IMG/VR virus record: IMGVR_UViG_3300027652_000001
Coordinates: 1-59,081 of that record
Length of the DNA stretch: 59,081 bases
Direction: 5' to 3' (one strand)
Source of the DNA: a virus
This document shows, piece after piece, positions 42,522-50,865 of this stretch. Position numbers and translations under genes: made by a program. The notes beneath the pieces were generated by a model. The model did no database searches and was not told the DNA's origin. It saw nothing but the letters and a program-made list of their open reading frames with translations. Position 1 is the stretch's first letter. Each line of letters starts with the position of its first letter.

Positions 42522-42626
42522 ATGGCTTACGAGTTAGCGCAACACGGTAAGAAGGCGACTAAGGCGTCCGACAAGGCCAAGCTCAAGACGCCGATGAAGT
42601 CGGCTCGAAAGGCCGTCCGAAAGTAG
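42522..42626 (+). CDS. Tiny highly basic peptide (34 aa, MAYELAQHGKKATKASDKAKLKTPMKSARKAVRK)
   Basis: SD gaaaggag immediately upstream. Confidence 0.4.
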   Translation: MAYELAQHGKKATKASDKAKLKTPMKSARKAVRK

Positions 42627-42630
42627 TCGC

Positions 42631-42948
42631 ATGACCTCCCCTCAACCTTTCCCGTCTTCTGATCACGCCCAACCATCTGCCGGTACTCAGATGGCTCCCT
42701 ACGCGGACATGATGGGCGTTCAGAACGGAGCCCCGACCAACAATGCGGAACAACTTCGCAAACAGCAGATGGAATCCGCTGGGATGCAGATTCGTTCCGT
42801 AGGTCAACAGCTCGACGGACTGGCGAAGCAATTCCCCGCCGCCGCACAGGACATCCTGATGCTTAAGCAGGGATTGACGAAGGTACTGGTCAAGATCGTT
42901 GGTTCTTCACAAACGGAAAGCCAAGCCCCGACCGGAGCACTGGGGTGA
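42631..42948 (+). CDS. Hypothetical protein (105 aa, Gln-rich)
   Basis: ORF upstream of the scaffold gene. Confidence 0.7.
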   Translation: MTSPQPFPSSDHAQPSAGTQMAPYADMMGVQNGAPTNNAEQLRKQQMESAGMQIRSVGQQLDGLAKQFPAAAQDILMLKQGLTKVLVKIVGSSQTESQAPTGALG

Positions 42949-43001
42949 GGCGCAGTCCGATTGATATTCCGCAGCCCGTAAGGGAAGGAAGGTTTTGAAC
43001 T

Positions 43002-43883
43002 ATGGCATTTGAATTATTGACCAAGACTCTGACTGAAGCCGGAATTTCGCCGGAGGTCGTTACTCAGCTCGTTTCCAACGAGAAGGCGGCCAAGACGATT
43101 CAGGACTGGCATGAATCAGGTCTACGACAAAGCGATTACGACCGGAAGATGAACTCTGGGAAAGCTGAGATCGAAGCTGCCAAGAAGACTCTCCAGGAAC
43201 AGATGGACAGCTTCGAGGCCACCAAGAAGACGATCAACGAGCAGTACATGGGAGCGCTCACCACGCGAGAGCAAGCCGAATCGCAACTCGCCACGCTTCG
43301 CGCCAAGGCCAAGACAGCGAGCGACGTTTACGGCGTGGACCTCGTGAAAGAACTGTTCGGCGAAGCAACCGTGATGCCGCCAGCCCGACGCGAGGAACCC
43401 ACCGCCGACGCTTCCGCCATCGGCAAGCGACTCGAAGCTCTCGAAGACCTCTTCAAGACCAACGTCAACTTCGAAGTGGAGATGCACGACATTGTCCGGC
43501 AGCACATGGAGTTGTTCCCGGACAAGCCGCTCGTGATGAAGGAGCTACTCGACGACGCGGTGAAGCAGCGGCGCTCGCCCACGCAGGTCTGGGACGACAA
43601 GTTCGGCGCCACGGCAAAGCGCGGCGAACTGCTGGCCGACAAGTACCGCGCCGAGGGTGCGGCCAAGGCCAAGGAAGAACTCGAAAAGAAGTATAGCGGC
43701 CAGATGGTCAATGGAATGCGGACAGATATACCGATCAGTCCGGTATTCGCGGCCGCCGCGCACAAAGAACTCAGCAGTCCGAGAGATCGAAATGGGCGCG
43801 CCTCCGAAACCATCGCCAACGCCGTAGCGGCGTTCGCGGCGGGCAAATACCGTCCTGGCGGTGGCAAGGAGTCCACGCATTAA
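43002..43883 (+). CDS. Scaffolding protein (293 aa)
   Basis: Highly charged composition with helical or coiled-coil character. Lies between the portal and capsid genes. Confidence 0.55.
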   Translation: MAFELLTKTLTEAGISPEVVTQLVSNEKAAKTIQDWHESGLRQSDYDRKMNSGKAEIEAAKKTLQEQMDSFEATKKTINEQYMGALTTREQAESQLATLRAKAKTASDVYGVDLVKELFGEATVMPPARREEPTADASAIGKRLEALEDLFKTNVNFEVEMHDIVRQHMELFPDKPLVMKELLDDAVKQRRSPTQVWDDKFGATAKRGELLADKYRAEGAAKAKEELEKKYSGQMVNGMRTDIPISPVFAAAAHKELSSPRDRNGRASETIANAVAAFAAGKYRPGGGKESTH

Positions 43884-44378
43884 ATGGTTAACCGTCCTGA
43901 ACCTTCAGAGATCGATTACGCAAGGCTCGCCGCTTATATTGACGGCGAGGGCAGTGTCGGCATTCAGCGAAACAAGAAGTCTTGGTTTGCTCAGTTGACC
44001 ATCGTCAACACTGACCCGAGAATCGTGCTGTGGCTATACGAAACGTTCGGTGGATTCATCGGAAAGCGCGGTTGGAACAACCGCAGAAATCCCAAGTGGC
44101 GTAAGACCTTGGTATGGTATCTCACGTGTGAAAAGCTTCACTCCGCTCTGCTGAAGTGTCGCCCTTATCTCCTGGCAAAGGGAGAACAGGTCGATATCGT
44201 CGTTGCGTTCCGAGCGACCGTTAAACGCGTGGGAGTGAAGGGTCACAGCGCCGAAGTAGTGCAGTCCCGCAACGACATGATGGGCAGGCTGAAGGTCCTG
44301 CGACACCGAGAATATTCCAAAGAGGAGTTCGACGAGATAGCGGACAATTCCAAATCTCCTCGCGAAAAGGCAGGTTGA
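43884..44378 (+). CDS. LAGLIDADG-family homing endonuclease (single-motif type), free-standing between the scaffold and capsid genes
   Basis: LAAYIDGEGSVGI motif and WLYETFGGFIG. Starts at the nucleotide immediately after the scaffold stop. Confidence 0.6.
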   Translation: MVNRPEPSEIDYARLAAYIDGEGSVGIQRNKKSWFAQLTIVNTDPRIVLWLYETFGGFIGKRGWNNRRNPKWRKTLVWYLTCEKLHSALLKCRPYLLAKGEQVDIVVAFRATVKRVGVKGHSAEVVQSRNDMMGRLKVLRHREYSKEEFDEIADNSKSPREKAG

Positions 44379-44384
44379 TAAACT

Positions 44385-45545
44385 ATGGCTTTCGATCCAG
44401 CACTTGACGAGCTCAGCGCCACAACTTTGTACGAGATCTGGCCTCGCACAGTTCAAGACAATTTTTTCAACGACGTGGCGTTCCTCGCCTACATCCGCGA
44501 TCACTGCCTTGCGACGTTCGGCGGCGGGTCGACGATGCAGCAGACCTTCCTCTACGCGCCGCTGATCACCAACTCCTACGGGATCGGCGCGCAGTTCAAC
44601 TTGGAAAAGGTCCAGACCATCGCGGGCACTCGGTTCGATCCGAAGTACTACGTGTCGATTTATCCGGAGTACATGGAGAACATCGACGTGCTGAACGTCG
44701 GGCCCAACGCCGTGTTCTCGCTGCTGAACCTTAACCTCGCGAACATGATGAACTCGATCTGCGCGGACGTGGCGATCGCGCTCTCGCTGCACGGCCAGCC
44801 GAGCGGTACCGGCATCGTGGGTAACCGGCCGTACGATATTAACGGCTGGATCGAGTTGATCAACGACGGGATTACGCCCGGGTGGGACGGCTCGATCTTC
44901 ACGGCCTACGGCGGGCAGGCGCGAAACGGCGCCATCGGCTCCACGTTCAATTCGATCCCGCGCTATTGCGGTGACTCGACGACGACGACCGGCAACACTT
45001 CGGCGGCCGGGGCCCTGACTTATTCGGTTCTCGAAGAAGGCTACTGGGATGCGTCGGTCGGTCGTGAGCGGCCCGACCTCGGCGTGACGACCAAGCGCGC
45101 ATTCGCCTTCATCAAGGAAAAGATCCAGCCCCTGCAGCGCGGCGAATTAGTGACAAAGCAGGATGCCATCTGGGGCGTTTCGGGAGTCGCGATGAACGAC
45201 GCGATCATCTTCCCCGACGACTACTTCCCGAGCGCCGCTTACGGCGTCAACGATCCGATCCTCGGCAACTACCTTACCAGCACGTTCACTGTACCAGCCG
45301 GCGTGTCGAGCAAGAGCAACCTGCCGGCGACTGGTGCGATCGCCACGGTCGGCGAGGTGTTCACGTGGTTCAACACGACCAAGTTGCAGTTCCGGTTGTC
45401 GTCCAGCCCGCGGTATCAGTTCGGCCTGTGGGGATTCTACCCGGCCGCCGACAGCACCAAGGTCGTGGCGCGCACGCACGCGGCAGTCAATCTGGTGGGC
45501 CTGAGCGCCCGCCACCAAAAGCAATTTTATGGAATCGCAGCTTAG
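44385..45545 (+). CDS. Major capsid protein (386 aa), assigned by position and size
   Basis: Follows the scaffold gene and is followed by a hairpin. Fold not verified. Confidence 0.65.
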   Translation: MAFDPALDELSATTLYEIWPRTVQDNFFNDVAFLAYIRDHCLATFGGGSTMQQTFLYAPLITNSYGIGAQFNLEKVQTIAGTRFDPKYYVSIYPEYMENIDVLNVGPNAVFSLLNLNLANMMNSICADVAIALSLHGQPSGTGIVGNRPYDINGWIELINDGITPGWDGSIFTAYGGQARNGAIGSTFNSIPRYCGDSTTTTGNTSAAGALTYSVLEEGYWDASVGRERPDLGVTTKRAFAFIKEKIQPLQRGELVTKQDAIWGVSGVAMNDAIIFPDDYFPSAAYGVNDPILGNYLTSTFTVPAGVSSKSNLPATGAIATVGEVFTWFNTTKLQFRLSSSPRYQFGLWGFYPAADSTKVVARTHAAVNLVGLSARHQKQFYGIAA

Positions 45546-45577
45546 GGGCTGAAGCGTAGCCTCTCGAGGAGACAGCA

Positions 45578-46210
45578 ATGCCGAATCAGATTCAGAACAT
45601 CCCGTATCGGTCCACGCGGCCGGCACTCAACGACGTCAACGACGTTTATCCGTTTCAGAGCACGCCGACCATTTCCGGTTCGGTGACCGAGTATGCCGCC
45701 GCTCTCGGCTCTCGCATCTGGGTGGACGGCAGCCCGTCCGGTGTCCGGTACGATAGCGCGGTCGGGACGCTTTACGGTGGCGAGTATCAGTACGTGCAAA
45801 CGTTCTTGACCTCCACCGCGGCGCCGGCAGTGGGCCAGCCAGCGGCATGGGCCTGGGACCAGGCTAACGCGGCGTTCGAATCGTACATCGTTACGCCCGA
45901 TACGAACAGCGCGATCCGCACCGGGCGATTCGCGGGTGTCTATATCAACGCGCTCACCAAGGGGCAGTACGGCTGGATCCAGGTGACCGGCAAGGCGAGC
46001 GTTCTGTTCAAGAATGGATTGACCGCCGCGACCCCCGCCGATGGCGACATGATCGTGATCGATAGCGGGACCGGGCTTGCGGATGATCCGACGCAGAGCG
46101 GTAGCCCGACCTACGCCACGCTCAAGGCTGCGATTGGGACCGCCATCGGAGCGCCGGTCACGAACCAGTTGAACCTCGTGCTCTTGCGGCCCGTCAACTT
46201 CGTCACGTAA
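45578..46210 (+). CDS. Virion structural protein (210 aa), possible capsid decoration protein
   Basis: Position directly after the capsid gene. Beta-rich composition. Confidence 0.5.
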   Translation: MPNQIQNIPYRSTRPALNDVNDVYPFQSTPTISGSVTEYAAALGSRIWVDGSPSGVRYDSAVGTLYGGEYQYVQTFLTSTAAPAVGQPAAWAWDQANAAFESYIVTPDTNSAIRTGRFAGVYINALTKGQYGWIQVTGKASVLFKNGLTAATPADGDMIVIDSGTGLADDPTQSGSPTYATLKAAIGTAIGAPVTNQLNLVLLRPVNFVT

Positions 46211-46219
46211 GGAGAACCG

Positions 46220-46585
46220 ATGCCCATCAGCGCATACGCTCAAAAACTGTCCGCTCCCTACCTGCCGGAGGGGATTATCAAGTGGCAGGGCCCGACGAGC
46301 TATACGGTCGTGACGCCTGGCAACCCTCCGACTGGCGGCGATTCAATCCCAGCGATTCTGCTGGGCATTGACGAAATCCTGATGATCGTCGGTGGAGGAA
46401 CCTACAGCGGTAACTTCCAGGTGGTTCCTATTCGCGTGTCAACAACGAAGTGGACGCTCGAGTGGCGAGCACTGAAAACGGCTACTGTCGGCGGGCAGGC
46501 TCAAACTACCGGACTGGAAGCTGTCGCGACCACTAACCTGTCAGCCGAGTTCGTGCTCCTGCTGATCAAGTCCCGGACGGCGTGA
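46220..46585 (+). CDS. Hypothetical head-module protein (121 aa)
   Basis: ORF with aaggag upstream. Confidence 0.7.
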   Translation: MPISAYAQKLSAPYLPEGIIKWQGPTSYTVVTPGNPPTGGDSIPAILLGIDEILMIVGGGTYSGNFQVVPIRVSTTKWTLEWRALKTATVGGQAQTTGLEAVATTNLSAEFVLLLIKSRTA

Positions 46586-46614
46586 TACGCTGGAATCTGT
46601 ACTCAGGGTGAATT

Positions 46615-46654
46615 GGGGCTGCGCTTCCTTCCGTGGGCGCAGCCCTTCGGCTTT
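46615..46654 (+). terminator. Strong hairpin (9-10 bp perfect GC-rich stem) with a partial U tail. Terminator or attenuator after the head genes.
   Basis: ggggctgcgc (46615-24) pairs with gcgcagccc (46637-45), followed by ttcggcttt. Confidence 0.5.
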
Positions 46655-47659
46655 ATGAGCACGCTTCAACAGTTCGCAGCCGAGACAAAAGTCTGGTTCC
46701 CCCAGATCGACCCACTCGCCTGCAACACGCTCGTGCAGCGCGCCTACCAGGACATCCGCAAGTCGCGCGAGTGGAGCTTCCTGAAAAAAGAGGGCGTGTT
46801 CTTCACTCCGTCGCCGATCACTACCGGCACTGTGGCCGTCACGTTCCTCCAGAACACGGTCGTGTTTGACGCGACAGCCGCTCCGCTCTTGAATGCGGTC
46901 GCGACAACCACGCCGCCCGAGATGCCGCTCACGTTGCGCCAGTTCAGAGTCACTGGAGGCCCCCTGTATAACGTTGTGGGTTGGGTATTCAACTCACCGT
47001 CGACGGGACTCGGTACGGCAACGCTGGATCGCGCATACACCGAAGAGAGCGCTGCGGGCGGCAGCTACATGATTTACCAACCTTACATCCCGGCGTTGTC
47101 AATCGACTTCCGCCGCTGGCTGTCGGCTCTGGACCCGATTAACGCATATCGTATACGATACCGAAATCTTTTCAGGACACAGAAGGAATTGGATCGCGTT
47201 GATCCTCAACGCACAGCGTATGAGTTTCCGATTTGCATCGCGACTCACGATTACGTGACGCTCCCAGGTGATACCCAAGCGAGACCGAGATATGAACTGT
47301 GGCCGCATCCTGTGCAGCAACTGGGCTACGTCTGCGAGTATCAAACGAATGGGGATTCCGTGACGCTGACTTCGCTGCTACCTCAGCAGATCACCGACCA
47401 GACGATTATGGCCCGCGCGCGCCACTACGCTCACGAGCTTTGTGCGAACCAGCCGAACGTGGACGTGAAGGTCAAGGCCTACCACATGAACCAACGCAAG
47501 GCCGTCGACGCCGAATACTTCGATCTGCTAAATCACGACAAGCTTTTAGATAATTCCATCTTTGATGCCTCGGTAATTCAGGAGGATTCTGGCCCAACCC
47601 TCTCTGGCCCGTACGACGCCAATTTCTTGCAATCCCACGAACTGTTCTTAATACCGTGA
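46655..47659 (+). CDS. Hypothetical virion protein (334 aa), possible head-tail connector component
   Basis: ATG 46655 lies directly after the hairpin. The ORF-track start at 46613 lies inside the hairpin. Confidence 0.7.
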   Translation: MSTLQQFAAETKVWFPQIDPLACNTLVQRAYQDIRKSREWSFLKKEGVFFTPSPITTGTVAVTFLQNTVVFDATAAPLLNAVATTTPPEMPLTLRQFRVTGGPLYNVVGWVFNSPSTGLGTATLDRAYTEESAAGGSYMIYQPYIPALSIDFRRWLSALDPINAYRIRYRNLFRTQKELDRVDPQRTAYEFPICIATHDYVTLPGDTQARPRYELWPHPVQQLGYVCEYQTNGDSVTLTSLLPQQITDQTIMARARHYAHELCANQPNVDVKVKAYHMNQRKAVDAEYFDLLNHDKLLDNSIFDASVIQEDSGPTLSGPYDANFLQSHELFLIP

Positions 47660-47686
47660 TATTTCGCGGCGTGATAGACTCAACCC

Positions 47687-47941
47687 ATGACAGTGACAGC
47701 GCACCTCGGTGGCGACTGGAATGTGGTTCACCTGGCGATCACGTTCTTTACGACGGGAGCGGGATTTGGTCTATTGGCGAACCTGGTCAATACGGCCCCG
47801 GTGCCTAAAAACGTGTACGCGCGCTGGCTGCTATCCAACGCGCAGTGGTTCATAGGACAGAAGGATCGCAGCGTGAACACGTCCAATAATCAGGACACGA
47901 TTACGAAGGCCGTCGCGAAGCCACCGGAGGCCGGCAAGTAA
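47687..47941 (+). CDS. Small membrane protein (84 aa)
   Basis: TM segment VVHLAITFFTTGAGFGLLANLV. Confidence 0.65.
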   Translation: MTVTAHLGGDWNVVHLAITFFTTGAGFGLLANLVNTAPVPKNVYARWLLSNAQWFIGQKDRSVNTSNNQDTITKAVAKPPEAGK

Positions 47942-47946
47942 ACGCC

Positions 47947-48261
47947 GTGCCCGATCCGCTGGAACCGTCCGGGCAGTCTCCGTTGCCGCCGACCACCACT
48001 CACCAGCAGGACATCACAACCGCTGGGCAACGCAAGGTGAATCTCATTTGGGAATACACTCAAGCGGTCATTGCGATATTCGTGGTGTTTTCCACGATGG
48101 GAACTGCAATGTACATGGAAATCAAAGGCAAGACGGATCAGATCCCCACAATTTTCAGCACTGCTTTCGGCATGATCGTTGGATTCTACTTCGCCCGCAC
48201 CAATCATCAGGCTATCGGCGGCGTCGGGCCAAAGCCGGATTCTAAATACGAAGGCCGATAG
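47947..48261 (+). CDS. Two-TM membrane protein (104 aa), holin-like topology
   Basis: TM segments AVIAIFVVFSTMGTAMYM and IFSTAFGMIVGFYFA. GTG start. Confidence 0.6.
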   Translation: MPDPLEPSGQSPLPPTTTHQQDITTAGQRKVNLIWEYTQAVIAIFVVFSTMGTAMYMEIKGKTDQIPTIFSTAFGMIVGFYFARTNHQAIGGVGPKPDSKYEGR

Positions 48262-48287
48262 GTGATAGGCTTGTAGCCGGAGGCAAC

Positions 48288-48461
48288 ATGTCTCGTGAAC
48301 TGCTCTTTTGGGTGTTGATGATTCTGTGGCTGATCGTGGGACTCTGGTTTGACTACGTGCCCGGCCAGCCGTATCCGCTGAGACAATTGCCGGGAAATCT
48401 TCTGATCTTCATTCTGCTGGCGATCCTCGGGTGGCAAGTGTTCGGGGCTCCCGTCAAATAG
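48288..48461 (+). CDS. Two-TM small membrane protein (57 aa)
   Basis: MSRELLFWVLMILWLIVGLWF ... LLIFILLAILGWQVF. Too short to appear in the ORF track. Confidence 0.55.
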   Translation: MSRELLFWVLMILWLIVGLWFDYVPGQPYPLRQLPGNLLIFILLAILGWQVFGAPVK

Positions 48462-48488
48462 TGGTAGCATTCAGAACAGGAGAATTTC

Positions 48489-48947
48489 ATGTCCGACCTT
48501 TCAAAACTGAGATCGTCGCTAGCGAACCTCGAAGAGAAATTCAACGCCTACGAAGCCGCCGCCGCGCCGTCCGATCAGAAGGCCGTTGACGAGACAACCC
48601 AGCGGGTTGACGCGCTCGCCATCAAGATCGAGAAGGCCACTCCGAAAGCCGCGCAGCCCGTCCGAGACAGTAAAGGAGATCACATGAGTTGGCGACCAGA
48701 AAGTTCAGGAAATGGTGCCGGCGGAAGCCTTAATTCGCCGATGGTTTCCCGGCCGTACGCGGACCCAGGCAAGGGCGGATCGCACCCGGGTGACAAGGGC
48801 GGCATGAAAGAAACGGTCGCGCTGGGAGCGCCGCCGAGCAGCGCCGGAAACGGTGATCCCCTGGCTATGCAGATCACGGAAGAGTTGGGCGGATCGCAGC
48901 CGCAGAAGGGCACCTTCCCGACTGGCACGAGCATAAGAACGGCTTAA
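48489..48947 (+). CDS. Hypothetical protein (152 aa). Coiled N-terminal part and a Gly/Pro-rich C-terminal part.
   Basis: ORF with aggag upstream. Confidence 0.7.
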   Translation: MSDLSKLRSSLANLEEKFNAYEAAAAPSDQKAVDETTQRVDALAIKIEKATPKAAQPVRDSKGDHMSWRPESSGNGAGGSLNSPMVSRPYADPGKGGSHPGDKGGMKETVALGAPPSSAGNGDPLAMQITEELGGSQPQKGTFPTGTSIRTA

Positions 48948-48960
48948 CTAGTCCATACTT

Positions 48961-49113
48961 ATGCCAGCCTCGCGCGTGATGCACGAGTACAAGCACGGCA
49001 CGCTGCGAAGTGGGTCAAAGCGCGGTCCAAAGGTAAAGAAAAGATCCCAGGCGGTCGCGATCATGATGAGCGCGCGGCGCAAGGAAGGTAAGCGAAAGAG
49101 GGCGCAGAAGTAA
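48961..49113 (+). CDS. DUF6496-like small basic protein (50 aa)
   Basis: VMHEYKHGTLRSGSKRGPKVKKRSQAVAIMMSARRKEG matches the remembered MHEFK.G.L.SG...V..RKQAIAIA pattern. Confidence 0.5.
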   Translation: MPASRVMHEYKHGTLRSGSKRGPKVKKRSQAVAIMMSARRKEGKRKRAQK

Positions 49114-49271
49114 TGGATTTGTTGGTCGAAATCATCAGGCAGGACGAGGAGTTCAGGCTCGAATGGGAGGCCGCCCACATCGCTCAGATAAATGAGCAGT
49201 GGCCTCACTTGGACGCTCTCAACCGTACTACCTTCAAATGGATGTACGGTGATAAGGTCGGCAACCAGTAG
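49113..49271 (+). CDS. Small hypothetical protein (52 aa)
   Basis: TAATG coupling to the upstream ORF. Confidence 0.45.
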   Translation: MDLLVEIIRQDEEFRLEWEAAHIAQINEQWPHLDALNRTTFKWMYGDKVGNQ

Positions 49272-49280
49272 AATGGATCA

Positions 49281-50627
49281 ATGCCCGGGCCGCCTGCCGT
49301 CACTGTCAGCATCTCTAGCCTGACAACACTGCTTGCCCAGCGCCTCGGTGCCAACCTCGCCGGCCAGGACTTCTGGGTCACTGCCGAACTTGACCTCTAC
49401 GTCAGGCAGGCGATCCGCGAGTTTCAGGTGCTCACCGACTACTGGCGGAACAAGATCACGCTGCCCGCCGCGGCGAACACCCCTTTTTACGACCTGCACG
49501 CACTCGGTGCCATCCCCTACACGGTCAACGACACGGACATCCTGGCGCAGGTCGGTTACCACTTGCTGGAGTACGACGGCACCCAGCCGAACTTCATAAA
49601 CACCCTCCAGTTCACGCAGGGAGCCGCTACAGCAGCGTTTGACCAGCGCCGGGAGGAAATGCTCGGGGAGACGCGCCTCGTCGTCACCCAGTACGCTGGG
49701 AACGCTCCGGGCCCTACTCCGCCGGCCAGCCGAATTGTGCTTTCGTCGGGCGTGATCCAGATCCACCGAGCCGAGTGGTTCGACGCGATAAGTTCCGCGT
49801 GGAACCTGCTGAACCGAACGGATGAACTGGGGGCGTACGGATGGTCCTACCAGTGGGCTGGCACGCCCGCGACCGATCCCCAGGCGTATAGCGTGGCTGT
49901 CACCCGTCCGTTCCAAGTCCAGTTGATCCCTCCTCCGAGCAATCCGGGACAGGTCGGGCTTTTGATAACTGCCTGCAATCCATACACTTTCACCGGTACT
50001 CCGCAACTTATCAACATCCCGGACGATTCTGCGTACGCCCTGCCGTGGGGGATTCTCGCCAGCATGCTCAACCAGGACGCCCAGTCGCGAGACTATCGGC
50101 GCGCGATGTACGCCCAGAAGCGATTCCGAGATGCCTTGACCGTGCTGAAGTCGTGGCCCTGCGTCATGAACGCGTACCCGGCTGGCATCCAGTACCTCCC
50201 GAGCACGCTGTTCGCGCTAGACCACTGGCAGGCCGGCTGGCGCAACGTGACTCCCGGTCAACCCAACGTTGTGGCCGTGGCAGGCCGGAACCTCGTGGTG
50301 CTCTCGCCGGCCCCAAGCGCAGCGAGCAATATTCCGCTCGATTGCGTCGTCAACTCCCCGGCGAGCGTGGCATCCCGGACGGCGACGTTCGATCTGGCCG
50401 GGGATATCGTCACGGCGATCCTCGATAACGGACAGCACCTAGCCTGCCTGAAACTCCAGGGCGAAGAGTTCGAGGCTACCGTCCCGCTGTACAACGAGTT
50501 CTTGACCGTGGCCGAAGAGTACGCGGATCGGGAACGTTCCCAGTCGATCAACTGGAACGCGTTGCGCGGCGTGGTGGAAGAGGAAAAAGCGGAAGTCCCG
50601 TACGAAAGCGAGCCGGTTGAAGCGTGA
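49281..50627 (+). CDS. Virion or tail structural protein (448 aa)
   Basis: Long ORF in the tail module. No motif recognised. Confidence 0.8.
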   Translation: MPGPPAVTVSISSLTTLLAQRLGANLAGQDFWVTAELDLYVRQAIREFQVLTDYWRNKITLPAAANTPFYDLHALGAIPYTVNDTDILAQVGYHLLEYDGTQPNFINTLQFTQGAATAAFDQRREEMLGETRLVVTQYAGNAPGPTPPASRIVLSSGVIQIHRAEWFDAISSAWNLLNRTDELGAYGWSYQWAGTPATDPQAYSVAVTRPFQVQLIPPPSNPGQVGLLITACNPYTFTGTPQLINIPDDSAYALPWGILASMLNQDAQSRDYRRAMYAQKRFRDALTVLKSWPCVMNAYPAGIQYLPSTLFALDHWQAGWRNVTPGQPNVVAVAGRNLVVLSPAPSAASNIPLDCVVNSPASVASRTATFDLAGDIVTAILDNGQHLACLKLQGEEFEATVPLYNEFLTVAEEYADRERSQSINWNALRGVVEEEKAEVPYESEPVEA

Positions 50628-50660
50628 CCTGTGTTATCCTGTCTTTTCGATATCCCACAC

Positions 50661-50844
50661 GCGAAGGGGTACCGTAGGCCCAGTGATGTAAGGGAAGCGC
50701 GGAAGACGGGCATAGCGAGTAGTCAACCATTCGGTTGTGAGTGCATGGGTTGGCGAACAAAAGGCTGGCAGTTGCAATAGCTGATTGGAATAAGCTCAGG
50801 TGAACTCACCGACCGCGTTGAACCTGCTGGGAGCGGTACCCCGC
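50661..50844 (+). ncRNA. Unclassified highly structured intergenic element closed by a long-range helix
   Basis: ggggtaccg (50666-74) pairs with cggtacccc (50834-42). The helix is extended by cccag/ctggg (50679-83 / 50826-30). Internal hairpins are caacc-attc-ggttg and gtgagt...actcac. No ORF is present. Confidence 0.45.
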
Positions 50845-50865
50845 TTAGTTTAGTATGGTACTCGG

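Noticed and set aside
48948-49208. 86-aa minus-strand ORF in the tail module
   Set aside because: It overlaps two plus-strand small ORFs. One of these has a recognisable DUF6496-like motif, and the two are linked to each other by TAATG coupling. A lone antisense gene here would also break an otherwise unidirectional operon.
50628-50865. Group I intron, or a cobalamin or TPP riboswitch, as the identity of the structured intergenic element
   Set aside because: Both flanking ORFs are complete with their own stop and start. I could not find a B12 box (GCCACTG), the TPP CUGAGA/ACCUGAUCUGGAUAAUGCCAGCG core, or group I P7/G-site features. Only loose resemblances are present (AAGGGAAGC, GAACCUG). 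I left it unclassified.
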